A stretch of DNA of 64,000 bases from Candidatus Limnocylindrales bacterium (lineage in GTDB: Bacteria > Chloroflexota > Limnocylindria > Limnocylindrales > CSP1-4): assembly GCA_035699445.1 (NCBI GenBank), contig DASSPX010000123.1:35777-99776 (forward strand), in the 5' to 3' direction. This document shows, piece by piece, positions 10,101 through 18,764 of this stretch (its first letter is position 1; every line of letters starts with the position of its first letter). The translations under genes were made by a program, and so were the position numbers. The notes beneath the pieces are model-generated. The model was not told the DNA's origin. It saw only the letters and a program-made list of their open reading frames with translations, and made no database searches.

Positions 10101-13100
10101 CCCTCGCGCGGGGACACGACCGCGAGCGTCCCGAGCACGCCACCGTCGCCGCCGAGCGGGACGACGAGCATCGACCGGATGCCGATCGAGGCGATGAACT
10201 CGGCGTGCGCGGCCGCGCCGAACCGCTCGTCGCGCGCGTAGTCGCCGGTGATCACGGGCTCCCGGCGCGCGATCGCGAGCTCGGATGCGGCGTCGGTCAG
10301 GCCGCGTCGGTACCACTCGTCGCGCTGCTCGCGGGTGATGCCCACGCCGTGGCCCCAGCGCAGCCGGCCCGCGCCATCGTCGACCAGGTCGATGACCGCC
10401 GATTCCGCCGACAGCAGCCGGGCCGCCTCGCGCGTCACGTCCGCGAGCAGCTCCTTCGGGTCGCGGATGACCGTCAGCCGCCCGGTGAGCTCGCGCAGCG
10501 CGCGCTCCACGTCGGCGGTCTTCGCGAGCGCCTCGCGCGACCTTGCGAGCTGCTCGACCAGCCGCGCATTGGTGACCGCGATCGCGGCCTGGTCGGCGAG
10601 CGACTGGAGGAGCGCGGCGTCGTCCTCGTCGAAGCGGCCGATCTCGCTGGACAGCACCGACAGGGTTCCGAGCGGCCCCTCGTCGCCGACCATCGGAACG
10701 ACGAGCAGGGAGCGCAGCCCGATCTCGTCGAGGAAGGCCGCGTGAGCCTCCGCGCCGAACCGGGGATCGGCGCGGTAGTCGCCGGTGATCACCGCCGAGC
10801 GGGTGTGCATGGCGAGCCGGGAGGCCGGGTCACCCAGGCCGGCCTCGTACCAGCGCGTCCGGAGCCCGCTGTCCACGCCGACGTCGAAGCCCCAGGCGAA
10901 CGTGTCGGTCTCGAGGTCAAGCAGGTCGATGAGCGCGGCGTTCGACCCCAGCAGTCGCGCAGCATCGCGGGTCACGTCGGCGAGCAGCTCCTTCGGATCG
11001 CGGATCGCGGTGAGCCGGCCGGCCATCTCGCGCAGCGAGCGCTCGGCCTCCGCGGTCCGGGCGAGCGCCTCGCGCGAGCGGGCGAGCTCCTCGATCAGGC
11101 GGGCGTTCGTGACCGCGATCGCGGCCTCATTGGCGAGCACCTCGATCCGCGCCGCATCCTCCGGGCCGAACGCATCCGACCGGCGGGACCCGACCTGGAG
11201 CATGCCGAGCAGCCCGCCGTCGCCGAACATCGGGGCGGCGATGACCGACGACATGCCGATCGACCGGGCGTAGGCGTCGGACGTCGGGTCGTGCCGGAAC
11301 GAGCGGTCGGCGAGGTAGTTCCCCGTGATCACGGCGCGGCGCTCCACGATCGCCCGGCTCGACAGCCCCCGGCGCGCCTGCTTCCCCGCGCGGACCGCCG
11401 CGATGCCGGCCGTCGAGCGCCCCGACTCGCCCTGGCCCGGCGGCCACGTCCACTGGGTCCGCCCACCGGTCGGCTCGACGATGTCGATGAGCGCCCAGTC
11501 GGCGGCGACCAGCCGGGGCGCCTCCGCGATGATGCTTTCGAGGACCTGGGCGGGCTCGTGGAGCACGGTGACCCGGGCGGCGATCTCGCGCAGCGCCCGC
11601 TCGGCGTCCGCCGTGCGCGCCAGTGCGGCCTGCGACTGCTCGAGACGGTCGATCAGGCGTGCGTTCATGATCGCGATCGCGGCGTGGGACGCGAGCGCCT
11701 CGACGAGCCGGACCTCATCGTCGCCGAACGCCGCGCGCCGCTGGTGGGCCGCCTGGAGCACGCCGAGCAGTCCGGATTCGCCGATGACCGGCACGACGAC
11801 GATCGACGTGAGGCCCAGCTCGCGCGCCTCGCGGTCGGCCTCGGGGTAGTGCTCGAACCGGTCGTCGTCGAGGTACGCCTCGCTCACGAGCGCCCGATGC
11901 TCGCGGATCGCGATCGCCGTGAGGCCCTTCGCCTTCGAGGGGTCGCCGAGCGGGATCGCCGCGCGGTCGTGGAGGACCATGTCGACCGGGTCGCTCCACA
12001 GGAGACGCCCGGTGACGGGCTCGGCGAGGTCGAGCCGGCAGCGCTCCGCGCCCAGGAGGCGGCGAACCTCGCCCACGATCCGCTGGAGCACCTCGGACGG
12101 GTCACGGATCTCGGACAGCCGGGCGGCGATCTCGCGCAGGGTGCGCTCCTCGTCCGCACGCCGGGCGAGCTCGTCGCGCGAGCGGTCGAGCTGCTCGATG
12201 AGCCGCGCGCGGCCGAGCGCCACGGCCGCCTGGCCGGCGATCGTCTCGAGGACACCCGCCTCGTCCGGCCCGAAGGCGTCCGGCTGCCGCGACCAGACGG
12301 TGAGCGCACCGAACGGACCGTGCTCCGCGACGAGCGGCGCCGCGATCGCGGACCGGATGCCCGTCGCGCGCGCGAACGTGTCCGGCCCCTTCGCGTGCTT
12401 GAACCGGGTGTCGTTCAGGTAGTCGCCGGTCCAGAACGTGACCCCTTCGGTGACGACCTTGCCCGACACGCCCTCGTCGAGGGTCTCGTCGGGGTCGTCC
12501 GGCCATTGCTCCGGGGTGGGCGGCTCCGCGCCGCCGGTGTACGAGCCGCGCAGGAGGTTGATCCGCGGGTCGACGAGGTCGATCCGGGCGCCCTCGCCGC
12601 CGATCAGTCGCAGCGCCTCGTCCACCGCGCGCTGGACGACCTCGGCCGGATCGCTCGCCGCGGAGATCCGGGCGCCGATCTCGCGCAGCGCCTTCTCCAG
12701 CTCCGCCCGCCGCGAGAGTGCCGTCCGGGAGCGGTCGAGCTCCTCGATGAGGCGTGCGTTCGCGATGGCCTGGGCGGCATGGTCGGCAAGGCTGCGGACG
12801 AGGGCGATCTGTGGGGCGGTGAACGCGTCGCGCTCGCGGGAGAACGTGCCGATCGCGCCGTAGACCTCGTCACCCGCGACCATCGGCGCCACGACGAGCG
12901 ACCGGATGCCCACCTCCCGCACGATCCGGTCGGGTCCCGGCGCGTGGACGAACGAGGTGTCGTCCGGGTAGTCGCCGGTGAGCATCACCCGCCGCTCCGC
13001 GACCGCCTTGCCGAACAGGCCCCGGCCGACCTCCACCTCCAGCCGGCGCACCCAGGGCAGCTCGGCCAGGTTCTGGATCCCGGCGTCATGGGTCAGCCGG

Positions 13101-13306
13101 AGGCGGTTCGTGCCCGGGACGAGCAGGTAGAGGAACGTGCCGTCCGCGCCCAGCAGCCGGGCCGCCTCCTCCGCCGCCTGCTCGAGGATCGCGCGGACGG
13201 CCGGCGATTCGATCGCGGACGCGGGAGGCGAGCCGCTCGCCGCGCCCTCGGCATCCGCGCGGCGCGAGCGGTGACGGACGTGACGGTCGAGGGACGGGGC
13301 GCTCAC
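7112..13306 (-). CDS. giant multi-sensor histidine kinase: 8 GAF + 3 PAS + HisKA_3 + HATPase_c (2064 aa)
   Basis: Eight tandem GAF-like modules are each introduced by NARLIEEL(A/D)RSRE(A/T)LARTA(D/E)AERALREIAARL. Three PAS modules follow (RELRESEERYRFLVENSPDIIFSTDEQGRLTYVS and two more). The C-terminus carries a HisKA_3 H-box (LARELHDSVTQALFSM) and HATPase (VRDDGRGFDP...GLAGMRARAEKLGGRITV). GTG start at 13306. Confidence 0.9.
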   Translation of the reverse strand: MSAPSLDRHVRHRSRRADAEGAASGSPPASAIESPAVRAILEQAAEEAARLLGADGTFLYLLVPGTNRLRLTHDAGIQNLAELPWVRRLEVEVGRGLFGKAVAERRVMLTGDYPDDTSFVHAPGPDRIVREVGIRSLVVAPMVAGDEVYGAIGTFSRERDAFTAPQIALVRSLADHAAQAIANARLIEELDRSRTALSRRAELEKALREIGARISAASDPAEVVQRAVDEALRLIGGEGARIDLVDPRINLLRGSYTGGAEPPTPEQWPDDPDETLDEGVSGKVVTEGVTFWTGDYLNDTRFKHAKGPDTFARATGIRSAIAAPLVAEHGPFGALTVWSRQPDAFGPDEAGVLETIAGQAAVALGRARLIEQLDRSRDELARRADEERTLREIAARLSEIRDPSEVLQRIVGEVRRLLGAERCRLDLAEPVTGRLLWSDPVDMVLHDRAAIPLGDPSKAKGLTAIAIREHRALVSEAYLDDDRFEHYPEADREARELGLTSIVVVPVIGESGLLGVLQAAHQRRAAFGDDEVRLVEALASHAAIAIMNARLIDRLEQSQAALARTADAERALREIAARVTVLHEPAQVLESIIAEAPRLVAADWALIDIVEPTGGRTQWTWPPGQGESGRSTAGIAAVRAGKQARRGLSSRAIVERRAVITGNYLADRSFRHDPTSDAYARSIGMSSVIAAPMFGDGGLLGMLQVGSRRSDAFGPEDAARIEVLANEAAIAVTNARLIEELARSREALARTAEAERSLREMAGRLTAIRDPKELLADVTRDAARLLGSNAALIDLLDLETDTFAWGFDVGVDSGLRTRWYEAGLGDPASRLAMHTRSAVITGDYRADPRFGAEAHAAFLDEIGLRSLLVVPMVGDEGPLGTLSVLSSEIGRFDEDDAALLQSLADQAAIAVTNARLVEQLARSREALAKTADVERALRELTGRLTVIRDPKELLADVTREAARLLSAESAVIDLVDDGAGRLRWGHGVGITREQRDEWYRRGLTDAASELAIARREPVITGDYARDERFGAAAHAEFIASIGIRSMLVVPLGGDGGVLGTLAVVSPREGAFGAEDAAVLQSLADQAAIAVTNARLIEELASSREALRRTADAERTLREIVAELTTIGEPREVLQRIVDAAKRLAGSDMSFLHLLDPATGRLRFEVADQGVEDVTMLDATTDVRDVEEGISGLAVRMRRAVRTRDYLSDERFIHSPSGDALARAKGHKAAIATPLLAEGMVLGVLSVVATDADRFDETVERQLSALADQAAIAIRNAELIRALGQSREETARRAETERTLREIAARITAIRDPQGILELIVEEARRVLGSDGAHLTRLADDERVLRPVVVAGAEDPETAIWIKGLEFPVDGGINGLAASLGRVVWTPDYAMDPRIPRDPSDLAVAERLRLGAMAAAPLRAPGGEVIGTLAVNYAAPGPIPGDRLEVLQALADHAAIALSNSDLYTRLEASEREFRGLVQASPDVIWRNDAEGRFTFIADSAEQLFGWRADELIGQSYALVVAERDQPQALAAWEELRAAPDASWRIRIQLRRRDGSEFPAEVSAVAFWEDGVFSGAQGTLRDISDRERLERELRESEERYRFLVENSPDIIFSTDEQGRLTYVSETIERALGYRPEQLLGRPFAEISEGVPGEERGRRFAEMAADPSKEMVFRYLLVHADGQPIPFEVSARGLVRDGRFAGVYGAARDMTERERLERELRESEGRYRFLVQSSPDMVWVTDADGRFTFVSDTTAQILGWSPDELVGRTFDDLAPAHVRRRARTLFRYLARRPNEAHRSRLPVMTRDGRELTMEISGIAMLVDGRFAGAHGAARDVSERDRLERDLRRQAAELASSEERSHLARELHDSVTQALFSMTLLSRSIEMLLTKDPAQVPAKLAALRDLQRDALAEMRALIFELRPGNVAENGLIGALRTHVAGLSGRIGLPVVLEGELPERPSLEVEDTLYRIAQEALHNVVKHAGAREVRIEIEQQPDAVRLVVRDDGRGFDPERVPAGHLGLAGMRARAEKLGGRITVTSEPGRGTVVECVVPTSAMSAPPGDVQAG

Positions 13307-13581
13307 GGCGGAGGGAGTCTACGCCCGGGCCCGATCGGGGACGTACGTCATCCGTCCAGCGCCCGGACGGCGGTCCGTCGAGGGCCGCCTGGACCGGTGT
13401 CGGGGGGCGCGTGGGGGCGATGGTCGCCGGCGGTCGACGACCGACGTCCGGCGTTGCCGCCGCCCCAGCCGCCTACGGTTCGACCCATCACCGCCGGCCG
13501 CGAGGGCCCAGACCCCACGACGGACCGGCACCGCGCTCCAGCCACCCATCTGCGCATTCGCCCCCTGGAGGTCGCACCCCG

Positions 13582-14013
13582 ATGGATCCCCGCACTGACG
13601 AGCCCAGGATCACCGTCGCCGGTCTCGTGCTTCGCTTCGCGATCGTGGCGCTCACGCTCGCGACGGCCTACATCCACAGCACCCTCGGCGGACTGCTGTT
13701 CACCCTGAATGCGACCGGCTACGTCGTCGCCGCCGCCGCGATGGTCGTCCCGCTCGGCATCGCGATCCGCTACCGCTGGTTCATCCGCGCCGGTCTCATC
13801 GGCTACGCGCTGACGACGATCATCGGCTGGGCGATCCAGGGCCCGTACTACTCCACCGCCTACCTGGCGAAGGGGATCGAGGCCGCCCTGATCCTGTTCG
13901 TGGTCGTCGACTTCCTGCGCGCCGACGGCAACCCGGTCACGGTGGTCAAGCGCGAGCTCGCGCAGATCGCCGCGGCCGTCCGGAGCCGCCGCACGGGCGC
14001 CGAGGCCGCCTGA
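13582..14013 (+). CDS. small integral membrane protein (4 TM), hypothetical
   Basis: ATG at 13582 is preceded by GGAGG at 13566-13570. MDPRTDEPRITVAGLVLRFAIVALTLATAYIHSTLGG... is hydrophobic throughout. The upstream part of ORF 13411.. is Arg/Pro junk. Confidence 0.55.
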   Translation: MDPRTDEPRITVAGLVLRFAIVALTLATAYIHSTLGGLLFTLNATGYVVAAAAMVVPLGIAIRYRWFIRAGLIGYALTTIIGWAIQGPYYSTAYLAKGIEAALILFVVVDFLRADGNPVTVVKRELAQIAAAVRSRRTGAEAA

Positions 14014-14112
14014 CCGGCCCCGGTCACAGCCACGAAGCGTCCCGCCCACGAACCGTCCCGCGCCGCCCGTCGGCGCGGGACGACCGCACGCACGTCCTGG
14101 GAGGTCACCCGC

Positions 14113-14514
14113 ATGCAGCGCCTCGCCGCGAGCCTCGCGCTCGCCGCCGCCACCCTCGTCCTCGCAGCCTGCTCCTCGTCCGCGCCCACGCCGGCCGACC
14201 CGACGACGGCGCCATCCACATCGGCCGGCAACGGCGACGCCCCGATCGTCATTGCCCGCGACCTGGCCTTCACCACGACCGAGCTCGAGGTGCCGGCGGG
14301 ACAGGAGTTCTCCCTCGTGTTCGACAACCAGGAGGGCCCGCCGCACAACGTCGCGATCTACACCGACGAGTCGGCGTCCCAGCAGGTGTTCGTGGGCGAG
14401 ATCTTCAGCGGGCCGGCGACCCGGACGTACAGCGTGCCGGCCCTCGCCCCCGGCAGCTACTTCTTCCGGTGCGACGTGCACCCGAGCATGCAGGGGACGG
14501 TGGTCGCGCAGTAG
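14113..14514 (+). CDS. cupredoxin (amicyanin/pseudoazurin-like blue copper) lipoprotein
   Basis: Signal peptide + lipobox (LVLAACSS). The copper site is PPHNVAIY ... YFFRCDVHPSMQGTVV (His...Cys-x2-His-x2-Met, as in amicyanin). GGGAGG lies 9 nt upstream of ATG 14113. Confidence 0.8.
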   Translation: MQRLAASLALAAATLVLAACSSSAPTPADPTTAPSTSAGNGDAPIVIARDLAFTTTELEVPAGQEFSLVFDNQEGPPHNVAIYTDESASQQVFVGEIFSGPATRTYSVPALAPGSYFFRCDVHPSMQGTVVAQ

Positions 14515-14620
14515 GCGACCTCCCTCGCGACCCACGTCCGGCCCCGGCCCGCCCAGCGCGGTCCGGGGCCGCCCCATGCCCGGCGTGCGAGACTCTCGGC
14601 CGCAAGCTCGAGGAGGGGTG

Positions 14621-15559
14621 ATGCTGGAGATCGTTGACCTCGTGAAGCGCTACGGCGACGTGGTGGCGCTCGACGGGGCGACCTTCACCGCCCGGCGGGG
14701 ACGGCTGGTCGGGTTCCTGGGTCCGAACGGCGCCGGCAAGACGACCACGATGCGCGCGATCTTCGACCTCATCCTCCCGGATCGGGGCGAGGTCCGCTGG
14801 GATGGCCGGGCGATCGACCTCGCGGCCCGCCTCCGGTTCGGCTACATGCCCGAGCAGCGCGGGCTCTACCCGCGGATGCGCGTCCACGAGCAGCTCGTGT
14901 ACTTCGCGCAGCACCATGGGCTCGACGGCCGCGCGGCCGCAGGGGCGGCGACGCGCTGGCTGGACCGGCTGGGTCTCGCGGACCGGGCGGCCTCGAAGCT
15001 CGAGGACCTCAGTCACGGCAACCAGCAGCGGGTTCAGCTCGCGACGGCGCTCGTGCACGACCCGGAGCTGCTCGTGCTCGACGAGCCGTTCAGCGGCCTC
15101 GACCCGATCGGGATCGCCACGATGACCGAGGTGCTCCGCGAGCGCGCCGCCGCGGGCGTGGGCGTGATCTTCTCGTCGCACCAGCTCGACCTCGTCGAGG
15201 ACGTGTGCGAGGACGTCGTGATCATCAGCCGCGGGCGCGTCGTCGCGGAGGGATCGATCGAGGAGCTCCGCGCCCGTGCCGGGCGCCGGCACCTCGAGGT
15301 CGAGGTCCGTGGTGGCAACGGGAGCTGGCTCCCGGATGGCGGCGAGCTGACGATCCTCGAGCGCAGCGGGAGCCGCGTGAAGCTGCTCGTGGACGAGCGG
15401 GTGGACCTCGAGGCGCTGCTCGCTCGCGCCCGGGCGACCGGCGAGGTCACGCGCTTCAGCTACGAGCCGCCGCGGCTGTCGGAGCTGTTCATGGAGGCGG
15501 TGACCCAGCCCCAGGCGGGGACGGCCGAGCAGGCCGCAGCAGCCGGAGCTGCCCGATGA
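14621..15559 (+). CDS. ABC transporter ATP-binding protein (ABC-2/DrrA-like exporter)
   Basis: Walker A GPNGAGKTT, signature LSHGNQQRV, Walker B LLVLDEPFSGLD. AGGAGG lies 5 nt upstream of ATG 14621. The stop overlaps the next start (ATGA). Confidence 0.9.
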   Translation: MLEIVDLVKRYGDVVALDGATFTARRGRLVGFLGPNGAGKTTTMRAIFDLILPDRGEVRWDGRAIDLAARLRFGYMPEQRGLYPRMRVHEQLVYFAQHHGLDGRAAAGAATRWLDRLGLADRAASKLEDLSHGNQQRVQLATALVHDPELLVLDEPFSGLDPIGIATMTEVLRERAAAGVGVIFSSHQLDLVEDVCEDVVIISRGRVVAEGSIEELRARAGRRHLEVEVRGGNGSWLPDGGELTILERSGSRVKLLVDERVDLEALLARARATGEVTRFSYEPPRLSELFMEAVTQPQAGTAEQAAAAGAAR

Positions 15560-16713
15560 GCCGGGCGCGATCGGTCTGGCTGGTGGCCCGGCGCGAGATC
15601 CTCGAGCGCGGCCGGAGCCGCGGCTACCTGCTGTCGCTCGTGCTCACGATCGTCCTCCTCGGGGCCGGGTTCGGCCTGCCCGTCCTGCTCGGTGGCGACG
15701 AGAAGACGCTCGAGATCGGCTTCATCGGCGACACGCCGGCAGCCCTGGAGCCCGCGATCCGCTCGGTCGCGACGGCGTTCGACGAGGACGCCTCGGTGGA
15801 GGTGACCCGCTACCCGGACCGGGCGAGCGCCGAGGCGGCCCTCGAGGCCGAGACGATCGAGGCGGCGGTCGCCGTCCCCGCAGACCTCTCGTCCCCGGGG
15901 GAGATCGTGGTTCGCGAGGCGCTCGACAACACGCCGCGCGCGATCCTGACCCAGGCGATCGTGGGCCTGCGGGCCGGGGCGGCGCTCGCGCCCCCCGAGG
16001 TCGTCGCGCTCGACCCGCGCTCCGACGAGGACGCGACCGCGTTCGTCTTCGCGAACGCCGGGATCATCCTCATGTTCATCGGGATCTTCTCGTACGGCTA
16101 CTGGGTGCTGGGCGGGGTCGTGGAGGAGAAGCAGAGCCGGGTCGTGGAGGTCGTGCTCGCCACCGTCCGGCCACGGGACCTGCTCATGGGCAAGGTCTTC
16201 GGGATCGGCATCCTCGGCCTGGGCCAGCTGGTGTTCCTCGTCGCCGCCGGGCTCCTCGTCAGCCAGCTCAGCGGGCGGCTTGCGCTCCCGCCCACGACCG
16301 CGGTGTCCGTCGTCACGCTCGTCGTGTGGTTCGTCCTCGGGTACGTCCTGTACTCGACGGCGCTCGGGTTCCTCGGTGCGCTCGCGTCGCGCATGGAGGA
16401 GGCCTCGAACGTGACCACGCCGGTGACGATGGTCGCGATGCTCAGCTACTTCGCGGCGATCCTGCTCGTGACCGACGACCCGGACGGGCTGCTGGCGCGC
16501 GTGCTCACGTTCATCCCGCCGTCGGCACCGATGGTCGTCCCGCTCCGCGCGGCCCTCGACGCGATCGAGGCCTGGGAGATCCTGCTGGCCGTCGCGGTGA
16601 TGCTCGCGGCGATCTACGGGCTGTTCGTCGTCGGCGGGCGCGTGTACTCGGGCGCCGTGCTCCAGGTGGGTGCGCGGATGAAGCTGCGCGACGCGTGGCG
16701 CGGGTCGCGGTAG
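15556..16713 (+). CDS. ABC-2 family transporter permease
   Basis: MSRARSVWLVARREILE... is followed by 6 TM helices typical of ABC-2 (NatB/YhaP-like) permeases. Start ATG 15556 overlaps the upstream TGA. Confidence 0.8.
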   Translation: MSRARSVWLVARREILERGRSRGYLLSLVLTIVLLGAGFGLPVLLGGDEKTLEIGFIGDTPAALEPAIRSVATAFDEDASVEVTRYPDRASAEAALEAETIEAAVAVPADLSSPGEIVVREALDNTPRAILTQAIVGLRAGAALAPPEVVALDPRSDEDATAFVFANAGIILMFIGIFSYGYWVLGGVVEEKQSRVVEVVLATVRPRDLLMGKVFGIGILGLGQLVFLVAAGLLVSQLSGRLALPPTTAVSVVTLVVWFVLGYVLYSTALGFLGALASRMEEASNVTTPVTMVAMLSYFAAILLVTDDPDGLLARVLTFIPPSAPMVVPLRAALDAIEAWEILLAVAVMLAAIYGLFVVGGRVYSGAVLQVGARMKLRDAWRGSR

Positions 16714-16726
16714 CCGGAGCCGGTCC

Positions 16727-17329
16727 TCATGGCCGCTGCACTTCCGCCCAGCGGAAGCAGTCGACCTGGTGATCGTTCACGAGGCCCGCGGACTGCATGA
16801 ACGCATAGCAGATCGTCGGGCCGACGAACCGGAAGCCGCGCCGCCGCAGCTCGCGGCTCATCGCGCGGGATTCGTCCGTCTCGGCCGGGATCTCGTGCAT
16901 GCCGGTCCAGCGGTTGATCCGGGGCTCGCCGCCCACGAACGACCATAGCAGCGCCGCGAACCCGGTTCCGCTCTCGCGCAGCGCGAGCACGGCCCGCGCG
17001 TTCTCGATCGCGGCGCGCACCTTGAGGCGGTTGCGGACGATCCCGGGGTCGGCGAGGAGTCGGGCCACGTCGGTCTCGTCGTAGCGCGCCACGCGGTCGG
17101 GATCCCAGCCCTCGAACGCTTCGCGATAGGTTTCGCGCTTGCGGAGGATCGTGATCCACGCGAGACCGGCCTGCGCCCCCTCGAGGCAGAGGAGCTCGTA
17201 CAGCGCCCGGTCGTCGCGGATCGGGACCCCCCAGTCCTCGTCATGGTAGGCGAGGTACAGCGGATCGGCCCAGGCGCCGCCCCAGTCGCACCGGATCCGG
17301 CCGTCGTCGGGCGGGGCTTCAGCCGGCAT
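16727..17329 (-). CDS. tag: DNA-3-methyladenine glycosylase I
   Basis: RCDWGGAWADPLYLAYHDEDWGVP...ICYAFMQSAGLVNDH is the conserved Tag sequence with its zinc-snap Cys/His. ATG at 17329. The ORF upstream of this is junk. Confidence 0.85.
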   Translation of the reverse strand: MPAEAPPDDGRIRCDWGGAWADPLYLAYHDEDWGVPIRDDRALYELLCLEGAQAGLAWITILRKRETYREAFEGWDPDRVARYDETDVARLLADPGIVRNRLKVRAAIENARAVLALRESGTGFAALLWSFVGGEPRINRWTGMHEIPAETDESRAMSRELRRRGFRFVGPTICYAFMQSAGLVNDHQVDCFRWAEVQRP

Positions 17330-18305
17330 CGGACAGCTCCTCGAAGATCCCCGGCGTCCCGCCGGCGTGCCAGAACACGACCCGCCGACCGGCAAGCTCG
17401 CCACCACGGGCGAGCGCGATGAGCCCGCCGAGCGCCTTCGCCGTGTACACCGGATCGACGAGCACGCCCTCCGTCCGCGCCAGCAGCGTCGCCGCCTCGC
17501 CGGCGGCCGTGGACGGGATGCCGTAGCCGGACCCGAGCGTCGATGGGTCGAGCTCGATCTCGCCCATCCCCGGCGACGCGACCTCCAGGAGCGCCGCCAC
17601 ACCACCCGCGAGGCGCTCGATCTCGGGCCGCAGCTTGTCGGGCGGCCGGGCCACGGCCATCCCGCGCACGCGGGCGTCCGCGGCACCGCCCGCGCGCAGC
17701 CCGACGAGGATCCCCGCCTGCGTCCCGCCGGTCGCGCTGGGCAGGATGACGTCATCCGGATCGCCGCCGAGCGGCCGGAGCTGTTCCAGCAGCTCGAGCG
17801 CCGCGAGGGCCTGGCCGAGCGCGCCCAGGGCACCCGAGCCGCCGACGCCGATCACGTACGGACGCCGGCCCCGCGCCCGCAGGTCGGCGGCGACGCGATC
17901 GACGGCCGCCTCCCGCTCCGCCCGCTCCGCGGTCGCCAGCTGGTGGACGGTCGCCCCGAGCAGCGCCTCGACCCGCGCGTTCGGCCCCGCCTCCGAGGCC
18001 GGCGGCCCCGAGAGCACGAGGTGGACCTCCAGGCCAGCGCGCGCACCGGCCGCGGCCGTCAGGCGCGCGTGGTTCGACCAGCGCCGCCCGGACGTGACGA
18101 GCGCGTCCGCACCCTCGGCGAGCGCGGCCCCGACGAGGAACTCCAGGTTGCGCAGCTTGTTGCCGCCGAAGGCGAGCGGCAGGAGATCCTCGCGCTTCAA
18201 CCACAGGTCGAAGCCGCCGCCGAGCGCGTCGACGAAGCGAGGCACCGGTGTCAGGGGGCTCGGGCCGTCGAGCAGACGGAACCGCGGCAGGTCCGGAACG
18301 CGCAT
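17319..18305 (-). CDS. PLP-dependent D-cysteine desulfhydrase / ACC deaminase family protein
   Basis: LWLKREDLLPLAFGGNKLRNLEFLVGAAL... carries the PLP-binding Lys region (FGGNKLR) of the ACC deaminase/DcyD family. Confidence 0.8.
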   Translation of the reverse strand: MRVPDLPRFRLLDGPSPLTPVPRFVDALGGGFDLWLKREDLLPLAFGGNKLRNLEFLVGAALAEGADALVTSGRRWSNHARLTAAAGARAGLEVHLVLSGPPASEAGPNARVEALLGATVHQLATAERAEREAAVDRVAADLRARGRRPYVIGVGGSGALGALGQALAALELLEQLRPLGGDPDDVILPSATGGTQAGILVGLRAGGAADARVRGMAVARPPDKLRPEIERLAGGVAALLEVASPGMGEIELDPSTLGSGYGIPSTAAGEAATLLARTEGVLVDPVYTAKALGGLIALARGGELAGRRVVFWHAGGTPGIFEELSDAG

Positions 18306-18347
18306 CGGCGCGATGGTATGGCGGGGCGCTGCCTATCATCGGCCGCC

Positions 18348-18764
18348 ATGGCCGTCCGCATCACCCCCTCGGAACGCTCCACCGGGCGGGGGCAGCACCG
18401 GGCGATGGAGCGCTCGATCGCGATCTCCGCCGAGACGGTGGGCTCGGTGCGGCTCTACTCGTCGGTCGTCCGGACCGCGCCGGGCGAGCGGACCCGCGTC
18501 CATCATCACGGCGAGTGCGAGACGAGCATCTACATCCTGTCGGGCAGGGCCGACTACACGTACGGCCCGACGGGCGTCGAGCACGCGTTCTCCGCGGAGG
18601 AGGGCGACTTCATCTACATCCCGGCCGGCGAGATCCACGTCGAGGCGAACGCCTCCGACACCGAGCCGCTCGTGGTCGTCATCACGCGGAACTGCCCCGG
18701 CAGCCACGTGGTGTACCTCGACGGCGGACCCGACGGGACGGACGACGTCCCGGCTCCGTGCTGA
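18348..18764 (+). CDS. cupin domain protein
   Basis: ATG 18348. HHHGECETSIYILSGRADYTYGP...GDFIYIPAGEIHVEAN contains the two cupin motifs. Confidence 0.75.
   Translation: MAVRITPSERSTGRGQHRAMERSIAISAETVGSVRLYSSVVRTAPGERTRVHHHGECETSIYILSGRADYTYGPTGVEHAFSAEEGDFIYIPAGEIHVEANASDTEPLVVVITRNCPGSHVVYLDGGPDGTDDVPAPC

Noticed and set aside
7259-13708. 2149-aa ORF on the plus strand opposite the histidine kinase
   Set aside because: It is an antisense 'shadow' ORF of a very high-GC gene. It has Arg/Pro/Gly-rich junk composition, no domains, and lies fully inside a much better-supported gene on the other strand.
16745-16762. Perfect hairpin CTTCCGC-cca-GCGGAAG near the convergent ends of the ABC permease and tag
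   Set aside because: It lies inside the tag coding sequence (it encodes …FRWAE…). It is not an intergenic terminator.
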